From the NCBI GenBank assembly GCA_048204295.1, contig DBFBLF010000014.1:6172-70171 (forward strand): a DNA stretch of 64,000 bases, given 5' to 3'. Positions 9,688 to 18,988 of the stretch are shown here, piece by piece (position 1 is the stretch's first letter; every line of letters starts with the position of its first letter). The stretch is from Oscillospiraceae bacterium (GTDB lineage Bacteria; Bacillota; Clostridia; Oscillospirales; Ruminococcaceae). Position numbers and translations under genes: made by a program. The notes below the pieces were generated by a model. It made no database searches, had not been told where the DNA came from, and saw only the letters and a list, made by a program, of their open reading frames with translations.

Positions 9688-9707
9688 GCGGACGAAATGC
9701 AGGAGTA

Positions 9708-10178
9708 TTATCCGTTGGAGCACTTGGCGGCGTCAATAGCCAGGACAATCATCAGGCAAAGCAGGGCGTTTGCCGGATCGACAATGTCCAGCACGTAGGT
9801 ATCGGTTAGCCGGAACAGTTCTTTAGAGGCCGTCATGACCGGTTGTCCGCCGGGGCTGATCACCCGGTATTCCCACTCCATAAAATCCCCGTCCACCTGC
9901 CAGCCGTTGCAGTCCAGAAAAAAGGAGGGCTTAAAAAAGGTGAATTTCTTTTTGATTTCCCCTATGCAGGCGTCTCCCAGATAGATGCGGAAGCGGGGCA
10001 TAAAAGAAAAAACCTCTTCTTTGACCTGCCCCAGGTAGGCGCCCGCGGCATTGTAAATTTCAAGCCGGTGCCCCCAGGAAGCCCTGCCCTGAACGGTATA
10101 AACAATGTTGCCTGATTCATTGTAAATATCGTAACTGTCAAACCAGGAGAATAAACGCTGTTTAAAACAAAGACGAAT
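9708..10178 (-). CDS. LURP-one-related / YxjI (DUF567, tubby C-terminal-like) family protein
   Basis: The core (RLCFKQRLFSWFDSYDIYNESGNIVYTVQG...HRLEIYNAAGAYLG) resembles YxjI family N-termini. The track ORF extends to 10367 but that part overlaps aroK. The likely start is ATT 10178, preceded by AGGGGG at 8-nt spacing (see finding). Confidence 0.65.
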   Translation of the reverse strand: MRLCFKQRLFSWFDSYDIYNESGNIVYTVQGRASWGHRLEIYNAAGAYLGQVKEEVFSFMPRFRIYLGDACIGEIKKKFTFFKPSFFLDCNGWQVDGDFMEWEYRVISPGGQPVMTASKELFRLTDTYVLDIVDPANALLCLMIVLAIDAAKCSNG

Positions 10179-10194
10179 GGTAAAAACCCCCTGT

Positions 10195-10707
10195 TCAGTG
10201 TTCGTTTTGCCGGTGCAGAAAAGCGGCAACTTTCGCGGCCCGTTCTTCCAGAGAGCCATCCGGCAGCACAATGGTGGCGTTGGCAAGGTAAAGGCCGCTG
10301 CGGGTACGGTAGAGCGCCAGAAGCTCTTCCCGGCTCTGGGAAGCGGCAATCGGGCGGTTGGGGTCACTGTAAATCCTGCTGTAACAAACTTTAAAGGGAA
10401 CGTCTAAAAAAACAATGCTTCCGCGTTTCCGGCAGAGTTCGGCGTTTGTAGGGGAGATGAGGGCGCCGCCCCCGGTCGCCACAACGGATGGATTCTGTGA
10501 AAAAGCCGCTTCCGCCAGAACGGCTGTTTCCAGCTCACGGAAATATGCCTCCCCGTGTTCATTGAAAATTTCGGGGATTGTCCTGCCGGAATGAGCGACA
10601 ATGGCTTCATCCAGGTCAATGAAATCTGCCCCTGCGAGCTGGGCCGCAGCCCGGCCTACGGTGGTTTTTCCGCTGCCCATAAAGCCGCATAAAAAAATAT
10701 GGTTCAT
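10195..10707 (-). CDS. aroK: shikimate kinase
   Basis: 170 aa with Walker A GFMGSGKTTVGR. Adjacent to aroE. Confidence 0.9.
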   Translation of the reverse strand: MNHIFLCGFMGSGKTTVGRAAAQLAGADFIDLDEAIVAHSGRTIPEIFNEHGEAYFRELETAVLAEAAFSQNPSVVATGGGALISPTNAELCRKRGSIVFLDVPFKVCYSRIYSDPNRPIAASQSREELLALYRTRSGLYLANATIVLPDGSLEERAAKVAAFLHRQNEH

Positions 10708-10731
10708 AGTTGTACTCCCGTAGGGCTACCG

Positions 10732-11577
10732 TTAAAAATGGGTGAGGATATAATCCTCCATTTCACGGATCAGCCGTTCAATGTCTTTGGTTTTAAACTG
10801 CGCCCCGTACCAGATTTCGTGGGCGGCGGCAGCCTGCCAGACCAGCATGGTCATTCCGCCGGCCACCGCCAGCCCGCATTCCGCCGCGTCAGACATCAGG
10901 CGGGTTTGGGCGGGATTGTATATGGCGTCAAACAGGGCTTTGCTCCCTTTAAGCTGCTTTTTGAGCAGGGGGGAGGCTCCAGTGTGGGGGTACATTCCAA
11001 CAGGGGTGGAGTTGACAATCAAATCATACCCACCGCCTGCCTCTTCCAGCGAAAGGGCGGAAATTTTGCAGTACGGAACCGCGCGCCCAATTTCCTCCGC
11101 CAGCTTTCCGGCTTTTTCGAGGCTGCTCCGACGGGCTGCGATGAAGACTTCTTCCGCGCCCTGCCAGGCGGCCTCGGCAGCCATCATTCTCCCCGCGCCG
11201 CCGTAGCCCAGTACCAGCACCCGCTTTCCGGAAAAGGCTGTCCCCAGCCGCTCCACGCTTTTGAGAAAGCCGACGACGTCGGTATTATAACCTGTCAGCA
11301 GCCCATTTTTGTTCTGCACCACGTTGACGGCGTGGTACCGTTGGGCTGAAACGTCTATGGAATCGAGCAGCGGGATGACAGCCTGTTTGTGAGGAATGGT
11401 AACATTGAAGCCGCTCAGGCAGGAAAGCTCCCGAAAACGGGCAGAAAAGTCTTCAGGCGGTATGGGAAGAAGGCTATAATCGCAGCCGTCATGCCCGGAA
11501 AGGGCAAAAAGGCGCTCGTGGATAACCGGGGAAATCGAATGGCCTAACGGATGGCCTGTCAATGCATAAAGTTCCAT
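10732..11577 (-). CDS. aroE: shikimate dehydrogenase
   Basis: 281 aa with AroE motifs (HSISPVIHE, NVTIPHK, GYNTD, VLGYGGAGR). Confidence 0.9.
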   Translation of the reverse strand: MELYALTGHPLGHSISPVIHERLFALSGHDGCDYSLLPIPPEDFSARFRELSCLSGFNVTIPHKQAVIPLLDSIDVSAQRYHAVNVVQNKNGLLTGYNTDVVGFLKSVERLGTAFSGKRVLVLGYGGAGRMMAAEAAWQGAEEVFIAARRSSLEKAGKLAEEIGRAVPYCKISALSLEEAGGGYDLIVNSTPVGMYPHTGASPLLKKQLKGSKALFDAIYNPAQTRLMSDAAECGLAVAGGMTMLVWQAAAAHEIWYGAQFKTKDIERLIREMEDYILTHF

Positions 11578-11642
11578 AAAGAATCCTTTTTTTCATCAAT
11601 TTTTGCTGTACAGTTCAAGTAACTTTTTGTATAATACATTTT

Positions 11643-11668
11643 AGTTTCAACAGCAAAATGTTGAAACT
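11643..11668. promoter_or_regulatory. perfect 10-bp inverted repeat (AGTTTCAACA-N6-TGTTGAAACT) in the aroE / fabH divergent region
   Basis: Read directly from the sequence. It sits just downstream of a TATAAT at 11630-11635. Confidence 0.5.
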
Positions 11669-11776
11669 GTGAAAAAATTCCTCCCTTGTTTTTACGGATT
11701 TTATTGTAAAAGAGCGCCGAATTTATGAATAAAGAATTAACATTTGCGTAAAACCAACAAATTTTGGAGGAAAATA

Positions 11777-11785
11777 TGGTATAAT
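11777..11785 (+). promoter_or_regulatory. extended -10 element (TGgTATAAT) upstream of fabH
   Basis: tggtataat about 55 nt before the fabH ATG. No clear -35. Confidence 0.4.
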
Positions 11786-11840
11786 TATACCAGTTTGTGT
11801 TTTTTGATGCAAGAAGTGAAGTTTGAAAGGAGCCATGTAA

Positions 11841-12839
11841 ATGAGTGGCGTAGCCATAAAGGGGACGGGTATGTACGCGCCCGCGCTTTGTGTTGATAAC
11901 GAGGCTTTTACAGATTTTTTAGATACATCGGACGAATGGATCCGCACAAGGACGGGGATACACACCCGCCATTTTTCAGACGGGGAACCCGGCTGGTCCA
12001 TGGGGCTCAAGGCGGCCCGGCAGGCGTTAGACATGGCGAAGCTGCAGCCGGAGGATATTGACCTCATTTTGGGAACCACCGTAACCCCGGATTACTGCAC
12101 GCCGTCCCTTGCCTGTATGATTCAGGGGAAGCTGGGTGCTGTAAACGCCATCGGGTTTGATATCAGCTGCGCCTGCGCTGCGTTTGTCTATGCGCTTGAT
12201 ATGGCCAACCGCTATCTTGCAACCGATCATAGTATCAAAAACGTGCTGATCGTCAGCTCTGAAATGCTCTCCCGGATTACAAATTTTGAAGACCGCGCAT
12301 CCTGCGTCCTGTTTGGGGACGGCGCCGGAGCCGCTGTCGTGACAAGGGCGGACGCTCTCTTTACCTCCAGCCTCAAGGTGGAGGGTACGGGGGCAAAACA
12401 GATTTTCGGCCGCTACCATGGAACCCGCAACCCGTTCTGTAATCCATCCCCCGCGATGGATTACGATGAATTCGGCGACTACAGGGAAGGCTGCTTGTAC
12501 ATGAACGGCAAGGAAGTTTATAAGTTTGCAACAAAAGTCATGGCAGAAACGGTTACGGACGCTGCAAAGAAGGCGGGGATTACGCCTGAGGAAATCGATT
12601 TGATTATTCCGCACCAGGCGAATATCCGGATCATTGAAACGGCGGCGCAGCGTCTTGGGCTCCCGATGGATAAGTTTGCAATTAACATTCAAAAATACGG
12701 GAATACCTCCAGTGCGTGTATCCCCATCTGCCTGGATGAGGCAAACCGGGCTGGAAGGCTGAAAAAAGGCGACAAAGTCTGCTTTGTCGGGTTCGGCGCG
12801 GGACTGGTTGCCGGCGCCGCGCTGATTGAATGGCAATAA
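11841..12839 (+). CDS. fabH: beta-ketoacyl-ACP synthase III
   Basis: 332 aa, FabH-like throughout (TSDEWIRTRTGI, active-site Cys context ISCACAAF, HQANIRI, GNTSSA). Confidence 0.95.
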   Translation: MSGVAIKGTGMYAPALCVDNEAFTDFLDTSDEWIRTRTGIHTRHFSDGEPGWSMGLKAARQALDMAKLQPEDIDLILGTTVTPDYCTPSLACMIQGKLGAVNAIGFDISCACAAFVYALDMANRYLATDHSIKNVLIVSSEMLSRITNFEDRASCVLFGDGAGAAVVTRADALFTSSLKVEGTGAKQIFGRYHGTRNPFCNPSPAMDYDEFGDYREGCLYMNGKEVYKFATKVMAETVTDAAKKAGITPEEIDLIIPHQANIRIIETAAQRLGLPMDKFAINIQKYGNTSSACIPICLDEANRAGRLKKGDKVCFVGFGAGLVAGAALIEWQ

Positions 12840-12887
12840 CGGCAGATTTTTAATAAAGACACAGGTTAAAACAAAGGAGTGTTACAA

Positions 12888-13631
12888 TTGGCGAAAACAG
12901 CGTTGATTACGGGCGCATCCCAGGGAATTGGCGCGGCGATTGCGAAAAAGCTGGCGTCTGACGGCTTCAATATTGCCGTAAACTGTTACAGTGAACGGGA
13001 AGTGGAGAACGGCGGAAACCAGGTGGCGGAGGCCTGCCGCAGCCTCGGTGTAGAGGCGGAGTGCTTTGTTGGTGATGTTTCAAGCTTTGATTCCTGCGCC
13101 GAAATGACAAAGGCTGTCAAAGAGCGCTTCGGCACCATAGACGTGCTGGTCAACAACGCCGGGATTACAAAGGACGGCCTGCTGGCCCGGATGTCCGAGG
13201 CGCAGTTCGACATGGTCGCTTCAGTCAACTTCAAAGGTGTTTTCAATATGACCCGACATGTCAGCGGCGTCATGATCCGCCAGCGCAGCGGGCATATCAT
13301 CAATATTACTTCGGTTGCCGGGCTTTACGGCAACCCCGGCCAGTTCAATTATTCCGCCACAAAAGCGGGTGTTGTGGGAATGACCTTGACTGCGGCCAAG
13401 GAGCTCGGTCCCCGGAATATCACCGTTAATGCGGTGGCGCCCGGTTTTATCGAGACCCCAATGACTGACGTCCTCACGGACGAACAGAAGGCTGCCGCCC
13501 TTTCCAGCGTGCCGCTCGGGCGGTTCGGCAAACCGGAAGATATTGCCGCCGCGGTTGCTTTTCTCGCTTCCGACGCCGCAGGCTATATCAGCGGTCAGGT
13601 CATTGTCGTAGACGGCGCAATGTCCATGTGA
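12888..13631 (+). CDS. fabG: 3-oxoacyl-ACP reductase
   Basis: SDR with TGASQGIG and YSATKAG motifs. TTG 12888 has an AAGGAG SD at 8 nt. The track start GTG 12879 overlaps the SD itself. Confidence 0.9.
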   Translation: MAKTALITGASQGIGAAIAKKLASDGFNIAVNCYSEREVENGGNQVAEACRSLGVEAECFVGDVSSFDSCAEMTKAVKERFGTIDVLVNNAGITKDGLLARMSEAQFDMVASVNFKGVFNMTRHVSGVMIRQRSGHIINITSVAGLYGNPGQFNYSATKAGVVGMTLTAAKELGPRNITVNAVAPGFIETPMTDVLTDEQKAAALSSVPLGRFGKPEDIAAAVAFLASDAAGYISGQVIVVDGAMSM

Positions 13632-13650
13632 CTGTTTTGGGAGGAAAAAT

Positions 13651-14886
13651 ATGAAACGAGTTGTAATTACCGGAATGGGGGCAATTACCCCGATTGGAAA
13701 AACACACGAGGAATTTTGGGCTTCCTTGAAAGAAGGCCGCCACGGCATTGCGCCGATCAGCGTCTTTGATACCTCGGACAGTCCCGTAAAACTGGCGGCT
13801 GAGGTCAAGGGTTTTGACCCGACCCTTTATATTGAGAAAAAAGAAACCAGGCGGATGGACCGTTTTTGCCAGTTCGCAGTCGGCGCGGCGCTTGACGCGT
13901 TAAAAGACAGCAAAACCAAGTTTGAGGACCTTGACCCGTACCGGGTCGGCGTTATTATGGGGAGCGGAATCGGCGGCCTGCAGACAATGGAGGCGGAGCA
14001 TACAAAGCTGCTTGAAAAAGGGCCGGACCGCGTTTCGGTTTTCTTTATTCCAATGATGATTTCCAACATGGCGGCTGGGAGTATCGCAATGAAAACGGGC
14101 TTTAAAGGGACGAACTTCTGCCCGGTTACCGCCTGCGCCACCTCTGCCCATGCTGTCGGCGAGGCTTTCAGGGCGATTAAGCACGGCTATCTGGACGCCT
14201 GCATTACCGGTGGTTCAGAGGCGACGGTGACCAGGTTTGCCGTGGCAGGTTTCAACAATATGACCGCTTTGTCCAGAAGCACTGATCCCGATCGTGCGTC
14301 AATCCCCTTTGACGCTCAGCGTGACGGCTTCATCATTGGGGAAGGCGGTGGAGTTCTGGTTCTGGAGGAACTGGAGCATGCAAAGGCTCGCGGCGCGGAA
14401 ATCTACGCGGAGGTAGCCGGTTACGGCGCCACCTGCGACGCTTATCATATCACCAGCCCATCGCCGGACGGCCAGGCGGCGGCAAAGGCGATGAGCCTTG
14501 CCATTGAGGAAGCCGGGCTGAAACCGGATGAGATCGGTTATATTAACGCACACGGCACTTCTACTCCGCTCAATGATAAATACGAAACCGGGGCGATCAA
14601 GATTGCCTTTGGCGAAGCGGCCGGTAAGGTTGCGATCAGCTCGACAAAGTCAATGACCGGGCATCTGCTTGGCGCCGCGGGCGCGGTGGAGAGCATTGCC
14701 TGCGCCATGGCGCTGAAAGAAGGGGTAATTCCCCCGACGATTGGCTACCGGGACGCAGACCCCGAATGCGACCTTGACTATGTTACGGAAGGCGCCCGGA
14801 AAGCGGATTTGAAAGCCGCAATTTCGAACTCTCTCGGTTTTGGCGGTCATAATGCCACCCTCTGTTTTAAAAAATATGAGGGCTGA
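13651..14886 (+). CDS. fabF: beta-ketoacyl-ACP synthase II
   Basis: 411 aa with KAS II motifs (active-site ACATSAH, NAHGTSTP, GFGGHN). Confidence 0.95.
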   Translation: MKRVVITGMGAITPIGKTHEEFWASLKEGRHGIAPISVFDTSDSPVKLAAEVKGFDPTLYIEKKETRRMDRFCQFAVGAALDALKDSKTKFEDLDPYRVGVIMGSGIGGLQTMEAEHTKLLEKGPDRVSVFFIPMMISNMAAGSIAMKTGFKGTNFCPVTACATSAHAVGEAFRAIKHGYLDACITGGSEATVTRFAVAGFNNMTALSRSTDPDRASIPFDAQRDGFIIGEGGGVLVLEELEHAKARGAEIYAEVAGYGATCDAYHITSPSPDGQAAAKAMSLAIEEAGLKPDEIGYINAHGTSTPLNDKYETGAIKIAFGEAAGKVAISSTKSMTGHLLGAAGAVESIACAMALKEGVIPPTIGYRDADPECDLDYVTEGARKADLKAAISNSLGFGGHNATLCFKKYEG

Positions 14887-14924
14887 TCCCTGAAAATGTG
14901 AATATAAGGAAAGATGGGTAGCGT

Positions 14925-15365
14925 ATGAAACTGACACTGGAACAGGTGTATGAGTTAATGGATAAACTTGCCGCTTCCGGCTTGGGTGAAGTTGAGATTG
15001 AATCGGAAGAGGTAAAGGTAAAAATCAAAGCCAAAGGGCCCCAGCCCCTTGTTCAGGCTGCGCCTGCGGTTTCCGGTACGGCTGCTGCCGTTCCGGCGGA
15101 AAGCCCTGCGGAGCCGGCTAGGGAGCTGACCGGGAAAATTGTAAAATCCCCGATTGTCGGCACCTTCTACGAGGCGTCCGGCCCGGATAAGGCACCTTTT
15201 GTTCAGGTGGGGGATACGGTCAAAAAAGGCGACGTCCTGTTTATTATCGAGTCGATGAAGCTGATGAACGAGGTTGCGAGCGAATTTGACGGCCGGGTTG
15301 CGGAATTCCTTGTGGAAAACGGTTCGCCGGTGGAATTTGGCCAGCCTGTTATGCGGCTTGAATAG
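14925..15365 (+). CDS. accB: acetyl-CoA carboxylase biotin carboxyl carrier protein
   Basis: 146 aa with an Ala/Pro linker and the biotinyl-lysine motif [11 protein letters not shown]. Confidence 0.95.
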   Translation: MKLTLEQVYELMDKLAASGLGEVEIESEEVKVKIKAKGPQPLVQAAPAVSGTAAAVPAESPAEPARELTGKIVKSPIVGTFYEASGPDKAPFVQVGDTVKKGDVLFIIESMKLMNEVASEFDGRVAEFLVENGSPVEFGQPVMRLE

Positions 15366-15390
15366 GGAAAGCTTGGAAGGAGAAACTGAT

Positions 15391-15822
15391 ATGGCGGTTT
15401 TGAACCAGGAGCAGATTAAAGAAATTATTCCGCACCGTGACCCGTTTTTGCTGATCGACGAAGTGATCGAGCTGGAGCCGGGCGTGCGCTGTGTGGCGTT
15501 AAAACATCTCAAAGAGGATGAGTTTTGGTTCAAGGGGCATTTCCCGGGGCATCCGGTTCAGCCGGGAGTCCTCACAATGGAAATGCTGGCGCAGGCGGGC
15601 GCCGTCTGTATTTTGAGCGTCCCGGAAAACAAAGGGAAAATTGCGTTTTACGCGGGAATTGACAAGGCGCGGTTCCGCCGCCAGGTAAGCCCCGGAGAAA
15701 CTCTGCGGCTCGAAGTGGAGATTATTAAACAGCGCGGGCCAATCGGCGTATGCAAGGCGGTCGCAACGGTGGACGGCGAACGGGCTGTTACTGCTGAAAT
15801 CACCTGCGCGCTGGAGCGGTAA
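15391..15822 (+). CDS. fabZ: 3-hydroxyacyl-ACP dehydratase
   Basis: [25 protein letters not shown]...[12 protein letters not shown] hot-dog fold motifs. The internal ATG has a GGAAGGAG SD. The track ORF from 15274 overlaps accB. Confidence 0.95.
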   Translation: MAVLNQEQIKEIIPHRDPFLLIDEVIELEPGVRCVALKHLKEDEFWFKGHFPGHPVQPGVLTMEMLAQAGAVCILSVPENKGKIAFYAGIDKARFRRQVSPGETLRLEVEIIKQRGPIGVCKAVATVDGERAVTAEITCALER

Positions 15823-15908
15823 ACCGGTTTTGGTGTGACACAGATATATGGGGCGGGTTCGCCTGCGTTTGGCGCGTGCGGCCCGTTGTAACATGAGAGG
15901 AACAGTTT

Positions 15909-17255
15909 ATGTTAAGCAAGGTGCTGATTGCCAACCGCGGTGAAATTGCGGTGCGGATCATTAGGGCCTGCCGTGAACTTGGAATCCGTACGGTTGCAGT
16001 CTTTTCAGAGGCCGACCGCGGAGCCCTTCACGCGCAGATTGCCGACGAGGCCGTTTGTATTGGGCCGGCTGCTACCAAAGACAGCTATCTGAATATCAAC
16101 GCGATCCTGGCAGCCTGCGAGCTGACAGGGGCGGACGGCGTTCACCCGGGTTTTGGCTTTTTATCGGAAAACGCGCAGTTTGCCAAGACCTGCCGGCGCT
16201 GCGGGGTTGCTTTCGTCGGCCCGAATGCCGAGTCCATTGAAATAATGGGCGACAAGGCGCGGGCGAAGGATACCATGAAAAAGGCGGGTGTGCCTGTAGT
16301 GCCGGGTTCGGACGGCATTGTCAGAACGCTGGAGGAAGCCTATGAGATCGCGGACGGGATCGGTTATCCGGTTATGGTCAAAGCTTCAGCAGGCGGCGGC
16401 GGACGCGGAATCCGCTTGGTGAATGACGAGACGGAGCTTGAAAACGCGATTGTCACGGCCCGCCAGGAGGCATTACAGTTTTTTGGCAACGACGAAATTT
16501 ACATGGAAAAGTTCATTGTCAACCCCCGCCATATTGAAATTCAGGTTTTGGCGGATCAGTACGGCAATGTTGTACATTTGGGAGAGCGGGATTGTTCCCT
16601 CCAGCGCCGTAATCAGAAAGTGCTGGAGGAAGCGCCCAGCCCAGTCATGACCGAAGAGCTCCGCGCCCGTATGGGTGAAGCCGCGGTCAAGGCGGCAAAG
16701 GCCTGCGGCTATTGGAACGCCGGAACGGTGGAGTTTTTGGTGGACAATAGCTATAATTTCTATTTCATGGAGATGAATACCCGGATTCAGGTGGAGCATC
16801 CCATTACCGAACTGGTCACTGGCGTCGACTTGGTCAAACAGCAGCTTTTGATTGCCGGCGGGGAAAAGCTTTCTTTCCGGCAGGAGGATGTGCGTGTGTC
16901 CGGCCATGCTATTGAATGCCGCATAAACGCGGAGAATCCGAAATTTAATTTCCGGCCTTCTCCGGGTAAAATTACGGCGCTCCATCTGCCGGGCGGCCCC
17001 GGTGTGCGGATTGACAGCGCGGTTTATCAGGGGTATGAGATCACCCCGTATTATGACAATATGATCGCCAAGCTCATTGCTTACGCCCCCGATCGTGAAC
17101 AGGCGATTATGAAGATGAAATGGGCGCTGGCAGAATTTTTGGTGGAGGGCGTCGATACTAATATCGACTTTCAGCTCTCCCTGATCCGCGATCCGGATTT
17201 TGAGAGCGCGAATTATGACATCGGCTTTTTAAACCGTAAAAATGTGATGACGTAG
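15909..17255 (+). CDS. accC: acetyl-CoA carboxylase biotin carboxylase subunit
   Basis: 448 aa, ATP-grasp (KVLIANRGEIAVRIIRA, GGGGRGIR, MNTRIQVEH). Confidence 0.95.
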   Translation: MLSKVLIANRGEIAVRIIRACRELGIRTVAVFSEADRGALHAQIADEAVCIGPAATKDSYLNINAILAACELTGADGVHPGFGFLSENAQFAKTCRRCGVAFVGPNAESIEIMGDKARAKDTMKKAGVPVVPGSDGIVRTLEEAYEIADGIGYPVMVKASAGGGGRGIRLVNDETELENAIVTARQEALQFFGNDEIYMEKFIVNPRHIEIQVLADQYGNVVHLGERDCSLQRRNQKVLEEAPSPVMTEELRARMGEAAVKAAKACGYWNAGTVEFLVDNSYNFYFMEMNTRIQVEHPITELVTGVDLVKQQLLIAGGEKLSFRQEDVRVSGHAIECRINAENPKFNFRPSPGKITALHLPGGPGVRIDSAVYQGYEITPYYDNMIAKLIAYAPDREQAIMKMKWALAEFLVEGVDTNIDFQLSLIRDPDFESANYDIGFLNRKNVMT

Positions 17256-17274
17256 GGAACGAGGTGGAACCAGT

Positions 17275-18135
17275 TTGCTGGAGGATTTATTTAAAATAGT
17301 CAAGACACGGTCTGCGCAGGAGCCCAAGGCGCCGGGCAGCAAGGTGAATATTCCATCCAACCTGCTGTTCAAATGCCCCCGCTGCGGAAAAGTGATGTTT
17401 GCAGAGGATTTTGAGGCGGCTAAAAAAGTGTGCGTCAGCTGCGGTTACCATGCTCGGCTGACCGCACCGGAACGGCTTGAAATTACGGCGGACAAAAACA
17501 GCTTTGAGGAATACGACGCCGATTTGCAGAGCGTTAACCCTCTGGGGTTTGCACAGTACGACGCAAAGCTGGAGGAACTTCGAAAATCTACCGGCCTCAA
17601 TGATGCGGTCGTCACCGGCGAATGCACCATCCGCGGGAGCAGGTGCGCCATTGGCGTAATGGATTCCCGTTTTATGATGGCTTCAATGGGTTCGGTCGTG
17701 GGTGAAAAAATTGCCCGCCTGTTCGAACGGGCGGCTGAAAAAAAACTGCCGGTCGTTATCTTTACGGCGAGCGGCGGCGCACGGATGCAGGAAGGGATCA
17801 TCTCCCTGATGCAGATGGCCAAGACCTCTGCGGCTGCTGCCCGCCACAGCGCAAAAGGGCTTTTATATATCACAGTGTTGACCGATCCTACTACCGGCGG
17901 CGTCACTGCGTCGTTCGCATCGCTGGGCGATATAATCATTGCCGAACCCAAAGTTGTTGTCGGGTTCGCGGGCCGGCGGGTCATTGAAGGGACCATCCGC
18001 CAGCATCTGCCGGATGATTTCCAGTCGGCCGAGTTCCTGCTGGAGCACGGCTTTGCCGATATGGTTGTCGGCCGTGATAAAATGCGCCGCACCTTATCCC
18101 ATCTGATCCGGCTGCATACGAAGGAGGGCGCATGA
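17275..18135 (+). CDS. accD: acetyl-CoA carboxylase carboxyltransferase beta subunit
   Basis: N-terminal zinc ribbon CPRCGKV...CVSCGYH. TTG start with GAGGTGG SD. Confidence 0.95.
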   Translation: MLEDLFKIVKTRSAQEPKAPGSKVNIPSNLLFKCPRCGKVMFAEDFEAAKKVCVSCGYHARLTAPERLEITADKNSFEEYDADLQSVNPLGFAQYDAKLEELRKSTGLNDAVVTGECTIRGSRCAIGVMDSRFMMASMGSVVGEKIARLFERAAEKKLPVVIFTASGGARMQEGIISLMQMAKTSAAAARHSAKGLLYITVLTDPTTGGVTASFASLGDIIIAEPKVVVGFAGRRVIEGTIRQHLPDDFQSAEFLLEHGFADMVVGRDKMRRTLSHLIRLHTKEGA

Positions 18136-18941
18136 TGAACCAGAAAACTCCTTGGGAGCGGATGGAGACAATCCGCAGGAAAGAACGCCCCACTATCAAC
18201 GATTATATTCCGCTTTTGTTTGACGAATATTTTGAAATGCACGGCGACCGTCTGTTTGGGGATGACGGCGCTATCACCGGAGGGATTGCGAGCTTTAGAG
18301 GCCGGCCTGTGACGGTGATCGCCCAGGTAAAAGGGCGGAATATCAATGAAAACAAGGCCTGTAACTTTGCCATGCCCCACCCGGAAGGGTATCGCAAGGC
18401 GCTGCGGCTTGCCCGCCAGGCGGAGAAATTCCACCGCCCGGTGATCTGCTTTATCGACACACCCGGCGCTTTCTGCGGCGTTGCCGCTGAAGAGCGCGGG
18501 CAAGGCGAGGCAATTGCCCGGAACCTCTTTGAGTTTGTCGGGATCAGAACGCCGATTGTTTCAGTCGTACTGGGAGAAGGCGGCAGCGGCGGCGCGCTGG
18601 CGCTCGGCGTTTGCGATGAACTGGCCATGCTGGAAAACGCGCTTTATTCGGTTATTTCCCCTCGGGGCTGCGCCAGCATCCTTTGGAAAGACGCTTCCCG
18701 GGAAAAAGAAGCGACTGAAATGTTAAAGATCACGGCGGAGGACCTGGTCGGGTTCGGCGTTGCGGAAGCGGTTATCCCGGAGGCAAACGGGGACGCGGCG
18801 ACAGGGCCGGAGGAAACGGCAGAGCAGATTTCACAATATCTGTATAAAACAATAGAAAAATTGTCCAAAATAGATATTGATATTTTACTGGATAGCCGCT
18901 ATAATAAGTTCAGAAAAATCGGCGTGTATTCGGAAGGATAA
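18132..18941 (+). CDS. accA: acetyl-CoA carboxylase carboxyltransferase alpha subunit
   Basis: 269 aa, AccA-like (FIDTPGAFCG, GEGGSGGALA). 4-nt overlap with accD. Confidence 0.95.
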   Translation: MMNQKTPWERMETIRRKERPTINDYIPLLFDEYFEMHGDRLFGDDGAITGGIASFRGRPVTVIAQVKGRNINENKACNFAMPHPEGYRKALRLARQAEKFHRPVICFIDTPGAFCGVAAEERGQGEAIARNLFEFVGIRTPIVSVVLGEGGSGGALALGVCDELAMLENALYSVISPRGCASILWKDASREKEATEMLKITAEDLVGFGVAEAVIPEANGDAATGPEETAEQISQYLYKTIEKLSKIDIDILLDSRYNKFRKIGVYSEG

Positions 18942-18988
18942 AAAAGCCGCATTTATAATTCTGTGAAACAATTTGAGGAGGATATTTT

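Noticed and set aside
9252-9809. Overlapping ORFs of 141, 147 and 73 aa across the DUF3048 / LURP-like intergenic region.
   Set aside because: They run through both terminator hairpins and into flanking genes. They have no SD sites and no recognisable domains.
10198-10367. Upstream ATGs (10367, 10259) as the start of the LURP-like gene.
   Set aside because: They would overlap aroK by 65-170 nt and add residues (PLPRAGKSFWRST...) with no resemblance to the family N-terminus. The ATT with a well-spaced SD is more parsimonious, though unproven.
15274-15390. 5' extensions of ORF-track entries. Examples: fabZ from 15274, NifX-like from 20473, rpsJ from 23457, rplB from 25610, rpsE from 31630, DRTGG from 51483, hydB from 55361, hydA from 57120, permease from 59108, MBOAT from 5752.
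   Set aside because: The extensions overlap the preceding gene or lack an SD. In every case an internal ATG, GTG or TTG with a GGAGG-type SD at 5-9 nt reproduces the family-typical N-terminus.
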